Shown here in pieces: positions 56,930 through 64,000 of a DNA stretch of 64,000 nt. The stretch spans positions 4,160,001-4,224,000 of the forward strand of contig CAVYRF010000002.1 of NCBI GenBank assembly GCA_963770895.1, written 5' to 3'. The number at the start of each line of letters is the position of its first letter. The stretch's first letter is position 1. This stretch comes from an uncultured Acidobacteriota bacterium (GTDB lineage: Bacteria > Acidobacteriota > Thermoanaerobaculia > Multivoradales > UBA5704). The notes under the pieces were generated by a model. It saw only the letters and a list, made by a program, of their open reading frames with translations. It ran no database searches and was not told the origin of the DNA. Made by a program: the position numbers and the translations under genes.

Positions 56930-58414
56930 TCAGTGGCTGCCCGAGGCGTCGCCGTAGCCCGTCAGCTCGACGTAGCCGCGGGCGCTCACCGGCCGGCCGT
57001 TATGGGTGCCGGTGGCCGCGGCGGCTCCTTCCCAATAGCGCAGCGACAGGGGCAGCTCCTGGTCGGCGAGCAGCGGCCGCACGGTCAGCTCGATGTCGGC
57101 GGGTGCGGCAGGCCCAGCAGATCCGGCAGATCCGGCGGATTCGGCAGCCGGGTAGCGCAGCCGCCAGGCGGACGGATAGCGAATGCCGCTCGCGGGGCTG
57201 GTCCAGGTCGCCGTCTCGACGAAACTCCAGGCCGGCAGCGGCATCACCCGCGTCGTGCCGTCCGGCGCGATCAGGGTGGCGCGGCTCGCCGGATCGACCA
57301 GGCCGGCTGCCGGATCGGCCGGGCCGGCCGGGGGGCTGCCCCGGCGCAGGCGATAGAGCATCAGCTCCCAGCCGTCGTCCAATTGCAGGCCGAACCAGTC
57401 CCATCCCACCTCGCCGGCGTCGAGCGCGCTGGTGCTCCATTCGTGGTCCATCCACGCCAGGCCGGAGACGGTGAAGCGCTCGCCTCCCAGGCGCAGCTCG
57501 CCGCGGGCGGCGAGCCGGGGCAGCGAGTAGTAGTAGGAGGCATTGCCGGGCCGCCCGCTCTTCGCCGACAGCCCGCGGTCGCCCTGCGCCACCGGCGGCA
57601 GGTTGCCGGCCAGCGAAAGATCGATGGCATAGCCGCCGTCGGCGCTCCCGCCAGGCATCTGTCCGCCGGCTGTGTCGCCCTGCTGTGCAGCGGCAGCTAA
57701 CAGGTGGATGGAACTTACGGCTGCTGCTGGTGCGGGTGGTGCGGCAAGTGCGACAAGCCCTGTCGGCGCGGCAGGTGCGGCAAACCCAGCAGGCGCGGCA
57801 AATGCGGCAGGCCCTGCGGGCGCGGCAGGCCCTGGCGGCGTCCCGGTGGCGGACCAGGGGCCGACCCAGACGCGCAGCGGGCTCGCCTGCGCGCCGGCCA
57901 GGCCGGCGGCGCCCCGTTGCCACTGCTCGCGGGCGTAGAAGCGGCGGCCGGCGACGTCGGTCAAGGCAAAGTGGGCAAAGTAGATCTGGCGGGTCGCCCA
58001 GGCCGAAGAGCGCGGCGCGCCGCCGGGCGGCGCCAGCGCGACGCGGAAAAAGGTGAGCTGGAAGCCGAAGCGGCGGCCGTCGTCCGCGGCCAGGTTGCCG
58101 GTGAAGTACCACCACTCGGTGCGGAAGTCGAGGTGCGGACCCAGGTCGGCGGGGAAGCGGAACGGCCGCGGTGCCAGGGCGCGCGCGAAGCCGCCCGTGT
58201 CCCCACCCTGGAGCGCGGCGGCGATGCTCCGTCGCGCGCTGAGCGGTCCGCAGTCGCCGCCGTCGCCGCCGTCGCCGCGGCTTGCCGTCGCCGCGCGCGG
58301 CGCCCGGCCAAGGTGCCACGCGACCGCCGCCAGCAGCGCGACACCCGCCGCGGCTCCAACCGCCACCGGTAACAAACCGCGTCTGCGGTACCAAAGCGCC
58401 GGCAGGGTCGTCAT
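56930..58414 (-). CDS. AttH/CrtC-like lipocalin-fold protein
   Basis: FPADLGPH...TEWWYFTG, FGFQLTFFR, SYYYS, WMDHEWS, GWDW, YWEG, GYVELTGY. Confidence 0.88.
   Translation of the reverse strand: MTTLPALWYRRRGLLPVAVGAAAGVALLAAVAWHLGRAPRAATASRGDGGDGGDCGPLSARRSIAAALQGGDTGGFARALAPRPFRFPADLGPHLDFRTEWWYFTGNLAADDGRRFGFQLTFFRVALAPPGGAPRSSAWATRQIYFAHFALTDVAGRRFYAREQWQRGAAGLAGAQASPLRVWVGPWSATGTPPGPAAPAGPAAFAAPAGFAAPAAPTGLVALAAPPAPAAAVSSIHLLAAAAQQGDTAGGQMPGGSADGGYAIDLSLAGNLPPVAQGDRGLSAKSGRPGNASYYYSLPRLAARGELRLGGERFTVSGLAWMDHEWSTSALDAGEVGWDWFGLQLDDGWELMLYRLRRGSPPAGPADPAAGLVDPASRATLIAPDGTTRVMPLPAWSFVETATWTSPASGIRYPSAWRLRYPAAESAGSAGSAGPAAPADIELTVRPLLADQELPLSLRYWEGAAAATGTHNGRPVSARGYVELTGYGDASGSH
57706..57840. 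repeat. Imperfect 9/18-bp tandem repeats within the AttH-like gene
   Basis: Recurrent GCGGCAGG/GCGGCAAA units encoding PAAPAGPAAFAAPAGFAAPAAP. Confidence 0.55.
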
Positions 58415-61209
58415 TCTTCGCGCAGGGCGAGGGCGGGCGGGGTGCGGGCCATGCGCCAGGCGGGGTAGAGGCCGGCGGCGACGGCGGTGCCGACGGCGAG
58501 GAGGAGGGCTTCGAGGAGCACCGCGGGGGCGAGGTCGAGGCGGATGGACCAGCCGAAGGAGCGGCGGTTGATGACGTAGACCATGATGGCGGACAGGACC
58601 AGGCCGGCGGGGAGGGACATGAGGCCGGCGGCCAGGCCCATCAGGCCGGTCTGGGTGGTGATCAGCTGCCAGACCTGGGCGGGAGTCAGGCCGGTGGCGC
58701 GCAGGACGCCGATCTCGCGGGCGCGTTCGAGCTGCAGGGCGGTGAGGGCCGACAGGACGCCGATCGCGGCGACCAGGCCGGCCAGCAGGCGCAGCACGCC
58801 GGTGATCAGGAAGGTGCGGTCGAAGATGGCCAGGGAGGCGCGCTTGAGGGCGCGATTGGACTGGATCACCAGCGGCCGGCTGGAGCCGAGCGCCTGGCGC
58901 AGCCGGGCGATGGTGCGGTCCATGTCGGCGCCGGGAGCCAGGTCGGCCGACATCGCCGACAGCTCGGGGTCGTGCCACAGGCGCAGGTAGTTGCGGCGAC
59001 CGATCATCACCACCCCCACGTCGCTCGCATAGTCGTAGAAGACCCCGGCGATGCGGAGGCGTTGCGGACCGGCGGCGGTCGGCAGCAGCAGGTGGCCGCC
59101 GGCGTGCAGGTCGTGGCGGCGGGAAAAGGGCTCTGACACCAGCGCCTGGTCGCCGGTCGCCACCAGGCGCCAGACCGTGCCGGGGTCGCCTTCGCGCAGC
59201 TCCAGGCCGTTCCAGCCGTGGCGGTCGTTGTCGATCGCGACCAGGCGGATGGGGCCGCCGGGGGTGGCGATCTCGGTGCGGCGGATGGCGTGCACCGCGG
59301 CGACGCCGGGCACGGCGGCGGCGCGGGCCGCGAAATCGGGCGGCAGCGAGCCGCCGCGAACGCCGCCGCCCGCCGCCGCGACGTAGACGTCGGCCTGCAG
59401 CTCGCCGTCGAGCCAGCGCACGAAGGTGTGGCGGAAGCTGTCGATCATCACGCCGACCCCCACCGTCACCGACACCGCGATCATCAGCGCGGCGATCGCC
59501 ACCGCGGTGCGCGACAGGCTGGCGGTGACGCCGCTGGCCGCCATCTTGCCGCGCCAGCCGAGCAGCGCTCCCAGCGGCGGCCGCAGCAGGCGCATCAAGC
59601 CGACCGTGGCGGCGGGCGAAAGCAGCGCGAAGCCCACCGTCACGGCGCCCAGGCCGGCGAAGCCGGGCACCAGCCCGGGCGCCATCAGGACGCCGCCGCC
59701 GGCCGCCAGCAGGCAGCAGCCCAAGAGCGTGGCGCGCGGCAGCGCCTGCGCCAGCCGCGCCTCCAGGAGCGACCTGGTGGCTGCGGCGCGCGGCGGCGTC
59801 ACCGCCGCCTCGATCGCCGGCGGCAGCGCCGCGGCGAGCGTCGCGCCCAACCCCAGCGCCGCGCCCTTGAGAAAGCTGGACGCGGGCAGCGCCAGGTCGC
59901 GCACGGCGAGAACGAAGTACAGGTCGTTGATGGTGCGGGTCACCAGCCCCAGCAGCAGCCGCCCCAGCAGCACGCCGCCGACCAGACCGAGCGCCGTGCC
60001 GGCCATCGCCAGCGCCGCCGCCTCGCCCAGCACCAAGCCCAGCACCTGGCCGCGGGTGACGCCCAGGGTGCGCAGCGTCGCCAGCAGCGGCCGCCGCTGG
60101 ACGACCGAAAACGTCGTGGTGTTGTAGATCAGGAACGCGCCGCACAGCAGGGTGAGCAGCGACAGCGCCGCCAGGTTGACCCGAAATGCGCGGGTCATGG
60201 CGAACAGGCCGCGCGCCCGCTCGCCGGCGTCCAGCAGCTGCGCGCCGGGCGGCAACAGCGCCGCGATCCGCCGCAGCTCGCGCGCCGCCCCCGGCGCGTC
60301 CGTCGCTCCCGGCGTGCCGCCGCTGGCGGCGGCCGGGCTGGCGAGGCGCAGGTCGATGCGGTCGATGCGGCCCTCGCGGCCCAGCAGCTCCTGGGCGGTG
60401 GCGATGTCCACCACCGCCAGGTCGGCGATCGCGCGCCGGGCATCGGCATCGCGCGCCCGCAGCACGCCCGCCAGGTGCATGCGGCGCACCGTGCCGCCGG
60501 CGCGCACCTGAAAGTCGCCGCCCGGCTTGAGCCCCAGCTCCTCCGCCGTCGGCGCCGACAGCAGACAGGCTCCCGGCGTCACCAGGAGCGCCGCCGGGCC
60601 GCCGGCCATGCCGGTGGCGCCGCGGGCGCCGTCGCCATCGCGGTCGCCGCTGCCGGCGCCGGCTGCAGCGCTGCCGCCTGCCGCAAGCTCGGGGCGGACC
60701 GGCCCCTCCAGAAAGGGATCGACTCCCAGCAGGTGGAGCGTCCGCGGCGGCCGGGCATCCCGGCCTCCTCGCGGTGCCGCCGCAGGCTCTCCGACATCCG
60801 CCCTGGTGCCAGGGGGCGGGCTTGCCGCGGGTGAACCTTGCCGCGGTGCCGCCGGCCGCTGCCCGCCGGGCGCCGTGGCGGCAGCCGTAGCCGTCCCCGG
60901 TTCCACGACGGTCACGTAGTCCTCGACGACCGGCGCCGCGACGACGCCACCTGCCGTCACCAGGCGCGCCAGCAGCGCGTCGGGCAGGCGGTCGGGGCCG
61001 CCGACGATCTGGTGGGTGGCGCGCCCGGCGGCGGCTTCGGTCGACAGCTGGAAGGCGCGCCCGGCGCTGGCGCTGGCCAGGTCGACCGCGACCAGGACGG
61101 CGACGCCCAGCGCCACCCCCGAAACCGCCAGCACTCCCTGCGCCCGCCGCCGCAGCAGGTGGCGCAGCGTGGTGCGCCACAGGATCGGCAGGCCCGCCGG
61201 CCGGGTCAC
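58411..61209 (-). CDS. FtsX-like ABC transporter permease (AttFG/YbbP type)
   Basis: [36 protein letters not shown]; duplicated MacB/FtsX architecture. Confidence 0.9.
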   Translation of the reverse strand: MTRPAGLPILWRTTLRHLLRRRAQGVLAVSGVALGVAVLVAVDLASASAGRAFQLSTEAAAGRATHQIVGGPDRLPDALLARLVTAGGVVAAPVVEDYVTVVEPGTATAAATAPGGQRPAAPRQGSPAASPPPGTRADVGEPAAAPRGGRDARPPRTLHLLGVDPFLEGPVRPELAAGGSAAAGAGSGDRDGDGARGATGMAGGPAALLVTPGACLLSAPTAEELGLKPGGDFQVRAGGTVRRMHLAGVLRARDADARRAIADLAVVDIATAQELLGREGRIDRIDLRLASPAAASGGTPGATDAPGAARELRRIAALLPPGAQLLDAGERARGLFAMTRAFRVNLAALSLLTLLCGAFLIYNTTTFSVVQRRPLLATLRTLGVTRGQVLGLVLGEAAALAMAGTALGLVGGVLLGRLLLGLVTRTINDLYFVLAVRDLALPASSFLKGAALGLGATLAAALPPAIEAAVTPPRAAATRSLLEARLAQALPRATLLGCCLLAAGGGVLMAPGLVPGFAGLGAVTVGFALLSPAATVGLMRLLRPPLGALLGWRGKMAASGVTASLSRTAVAIAALMIAVSVTVGVGVMIDSFRHTFVRWLDGELQADVYVAAAGGGVRGGSLPPDFAARAAAVPGVAAVHAIRRTEIATPGGPIRLVAIDNDRHGWNGLELREGDPGTVWRLVATGDQALVSEPFSRRHDLHAGGHLLLPTAAGPQRLRIAGVFYDYASDVGVVMIGRRNYLRLWHDPELSAMSADLAPGADMDRTIARLRQALGSSRPLVIQSNRALKRASLAIFDRTFLITGVLRLLAGLVAAIGVLSALTALQLERAREIGVLRATGLTPAQVWQLITTQTGLMGLAAGLMSLPAGLVLSAIMVYVINRRSFGWSIRLDLAPAVLLEALLLAVGTAVAAGLYPAWRMARTPPALALREE

Positions 61210-62063
61210 CCGCCGCCTCGCGCTCGCGGGCCAGGGTCACCTGCGGCCCCGGCCTGGTTGCCGCCGCGCCCGCCGCCGCCGGCGCCGCTGGCGCCGGAGC
61301 CGGTGCCTTCGACCAGGCGGCCGGCCTCGATGTGGAGCACGCGATCGGCGATGCCGACCACCTCGGGGCTGTGGGTGACCATCAGCATGGTCTTGCCGGC
61401 GCGGCGGGTGAAGCGGTCCAGCAGGTCCAGCACCTCCAGCCCGGTTTCCAGGTCCAGGTTGCCGGTGGGTTCGTCGGCCAACACCAGCAGCGGGTTGTGA
61501 ATCAGCGCCCGCGCCACCGCGAGGCGCTGCTGCTCGCCGCCGGAGAGGCGGTCGGGGAAGCTCGCCGCGCGGTCGGCCAGCCGCACCTCGTCGAGGATGG
61601 CCATGGCGGCGGCCGCGGCGTCGCGCCCCACGCTGCCCTTGAGCTCCAGCGGCAGCAGCAGGTTTTCGGCCACGGTGAGGGTGGGCAGCAGGTTGAAGGA
61701 CTGGAACACGAAGCCGATGTGGTCGCGGCGGAAGAGCGTGCGCTGGCGCTCGCCGAGCCGCGACAGCGGCACGCCGTCGATCGTCACGCTGCCTTGCGAG
61801 GGCAGGTCGATGCCGGCGATGAGGTTGAGCAGCGTGGACTTGCCGGAGCCGCTGCGGCCCATCAGGACCACCAGCTGGCCGCGGCCGAAGGTAGCCGAGG
61901 CGCCGCGCAGCACGACGTGCTCGCGGCCGCCCTCCTGATAGCTGCGCGACAGGTTGTCGATCTGGACGAGCGGTGGGCCGGCCGCGGGGTTTGCGCTTGC
62001 GTCGGGCGCGGGGTCCAGGCCGGATGCGACAGGCGCGCCGGGCGCGGGCGCGGTGCCGGTCAT
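61206..62063 (-). CDS. ABC transporter ATP-binding protein (LolD/AttE type)
   Basis: [37 protein letters not shown]. Confidence 0.95.
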   Translation of the reverse strand: MTGTAPAPGAPVASGLDPAPDASANPAAGPPLVQIDNLSRSYQEGGREHVVLRGASATFGRGQLVVLMGRSGSGKSTLLNLIAGIDLPSQGSVTIDGVPLSRLGERQRTLFRRDHIGFVFQSFNLLPTLTVAENLLLPLELKGSVGRDAAAAAMAILDEVRLADRAASFPDRLSGGEQQRLAVARALIHNPLLVLADEPTGNLDLETGLEVLDLLDRFTRRAGKTMLMVTHSPEVVGIADRVLHIEAGRLVEGTGSGASGAGGGGRGGNQAGAAGDPGPRARGGG

Positions 62064-62094
62064 CGTCGCGGCGCCGCCTGGGATGCCTGCCAGG

Positions 62095-63951
62095 TCAGAG
62101 CCGGATTGCCTCCAGCTCGTCGATGCGCTGGCTCACCAGGTCGAAGCCGCCCTGCCAGAAGGAGCGGTCGCTGATGTCGATGCCGACTTCGGCCAGGATC
62201 TCCTGCGGGCGGGCCGAACCGCCGTAGGCGAGCAGCTTGAGGTAGCCGGGCGTGAACGCCGCCCCCTGCTCCTGGTAGCGGCGGTACAGGGCCAGGACGA
62301 GCAGCTGGCCGAAGCTGTAGGAGTAGCAATAGAACGGGGTGTTGTAGATGTGCGGGATGCTCAGCCATTCGTAGCGAAATTCTGCTGTCACGTCGACGCT
62401 GTCACCGAACTGTTCGGCGAGGGTCGCCATGTAGATCTGGCACAGCTCGTCGGTGGAGCGGCCGGCCAGAATCGCGTCGTGCGCCTGCAGCTCGAACAGC
62501 ACGAAGTAGGACTGCCGCATCACCGTGGCGTAGACGTCGTCCACCGCCGAGGCCAGCAGGTCGCGGCGCGCCAGGGGGTCCGTCTCTTCGCGCAGCAGGC
62601 GGTCGGTCATCAGCATCTCGGCGAACACCGAGGCGGTTTCGGCGAGCGGCAGCGAGGCGTGCTGGGTGAGGATCGAGTGCTGTCCGGCGAGCATGCTGTG
62701 CACGGCGTGACCCAGCTCGTGCGCCAGGGTGGCGACGTCGCGCAGCCGGCCGGTGTAGTTGACCAGCACCCAGGGGGTCAGCCGCGGCAGCACGGTGGAG
62801 CAGAAGGCGCCGCCGCGCTTGCCCTTGCGGATCTCGCCGTCCAGGTGGTCTTCGGCGAAGACGCGCTCGGCCAGGCGGCCGAAGCGGGCGTCGAATTCGC
62901 TGAAGGTTTCGAGCACCGAGCGCGCCGCGTCTTCGTAGGGGATCTTGCGCTCGGAGACGAAGAGCGGCGCGTACAGGTCGAAGCGGCTGAGGCGCTCGAG
63001 CCCCAGCCAGCGGGCTTTCAAGCGGAAGTAGCGCTGGAAGATGGGCGCGTTGGCGCGCGCCACGTCCAGCAGCACTTCGACGGCGCGGTCCGGGATGTCG
63101 TTGTCGGTGTTGCGCACGGCGATGGCGGAGCTGTAGCCGCGCAGGCCGATGGCCTCTTCGTGCCAGTCGCGCACGATGTTGACGTAGATCTGGCCCAGCA
63201 GGGTCGCCTCTTCGGCGAACAGCCGGTAGAGCTCGCGGTAGGCGGCGGCGCGCACGTCGGGCCGGGTGGTGAAGGCGTAGCCCATCAGCGCATCGCGGGT
63301 CAGGCGCTTGACTTCGCCGTCGACCTCCAGCGAGAACTCCATGCGATTGGTGATCATGGAGTAGAGCGTCGTCACCGCCGAGATGCCGTTGTCGTCCTTG
63401 ATGTTGATGATCTGTTCGGACTTTTCGTCCAGGGTGTAGGGCGACAGGCGGCGCAGCTCGGACAGAAAATGGCGGAAATCGGCCGCCCGCTGCGGCGCCG
63501 GCGCGGCGCCGGCCGCCGCCGTGGTGGTCGGCAGGGCCGGCAGGGCCGCCTGCATCAGCGCCTGGGCGTCGCGGTCGGTCAGCCCCTTCCACCACAAGCT
63601 GAAAAACAGGATGCGGTTGTTGGCCGCGGTGACCGCCTGGCGCGAGCGGTTACGAAAGGTGATCGCCTCCTGGTTGCGGGTGTCGGAGTAGAACCATAGC
63701 GAGGCGAAATTGGACAGCACGCCGGTCAGCTCAGAGATCGCTTCGTAGCGGCGCAGGACGTCCAGCAGCTGGCGCGGCTCCATGTCGGGGCGCAGCGCCG
63801 GCCGCAAGGCCTCGAAGTCCTGCAGCGCCGACTCCAGTTCGGCGAAGCGGCGCGCGATCACCTCTTCGTGAGTCGAGGGGAGGAGCTGGCGCAGATCCCA
63901 GCCGCGCAGCTGGTAGGTCCTGGTCGTCTGGGATTCTGTGATGGCCGGCAT
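62095..63951 (-). CDS. pepF: Oligoendopeptidase F (M3B)
   Basis: GKRGGAFC, LAHELGH, AETASVF, PHIY, PFYCYSYSFG. Confidence 0.93.
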   Translation of the reverse strand: MPAITESQTTRTYQLRGWDLRQLLPSTHEEVIARRFAELESALQDFEALRPALRPDMEPRQLLDVLRRYEAISELTGVLSNFASLWFYSDTRNQEAITFRNRSRQAVTAANNRILFFSLWWKGLTDRDAQALMQAALPALPTTTAAAGAAPAPQRAADFRHFLSELRRLSPYTLDEKSEQIINIKDDNGISAVTTLYSMITNRMEFSLEVDGEVKRLTRDALMGYAFTTRPDVRAAAYRELYRLFAEEATLLGQIYVNIVRDWHEEAIGLRGYSSAIAVRNTDNDIPDRAVEVLLDVARANAPIFQRYFRLKARWLGLERLSRFDLYAPLFVSERKIPYEDAARSVLETFSEFDARFGRLAERVFAEDHLDGEIRKGKRGGAFCSTVLPRLTPWVLVNYTGRLRDVATLAHELGHAVHSMLAGQHSILTQHASLPLAETASVFAEMLMTDRLLREETDPLARRDLLASAVDDVYATVMRQSYFVLFELQAHDAILAGRSTDELCQIYMATLAEQFGDSVDVTAEFRYEWLSIPHIYNTPFYCYSYSFGQLLVLALYRRYQEQGAAFTPGYLKLLAYGGSARPQEILAEVGIDISDRSFWQGGFDLVSQRIDELEAIRL

Positions 63952-64000
63952 GGGGATCGCTGTGGTACCTCCAATCCTCCTAGTTTACCTGAGGATGCGG

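Noticed and set aside
57706-57840. CRISPR-like array
   Set aside because: Short degenerate in-frame coding repeats with no spacers and no cas genes

Overview
Very GC-rich bacterial chromosome segment with about 45 genes. Protein styles suggest Acidobacteriota, probably Thermoanaerobaculia-like (inference, not tested). Housekeeping genes include an RND pump with a TolC-type factor, ilvA, lipB, lipA, a NadQ-type regulator with nadABC, an Nramp transporter, a Cys/Met PLP enzyme, proline dehydrogenase, an OPT transporter, pepT, pepF, an S9 peptidase, an AttEFGH-like ABC module and a PA0069-type radical SAM protein. Accessory parts: (i) a four-gene two-protease operon (TPR-CHAT caspase-like protease, unknown protein, papain-like Cys protease, unknown partner; 4.2-9.6 kb), the best candidate for an undescribed system; (ii) a six-gene biosynthetic-looking operon (GT-C-like membrane protein, AsnB, truncated Mur ligase with Cys-rich tail, signal-less binding-protein fold, PaaK/CapK-like ligase, methyltransferase); (iii) a divergent XRE pair with a MenA1/MenT1-like toxin-antitoxin pair; (iv) a MazEF module; (v) two unrelated secreted proteins sharing a tandem C-terminal domain; (vi) an orphan BoxB-like diiron enzyme. 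Seven genes look leaderless. No rRNA, tRNA, CRISPR array, transposase or integrase was seen. All calls come from motif recognition by eye; no database searches were run.
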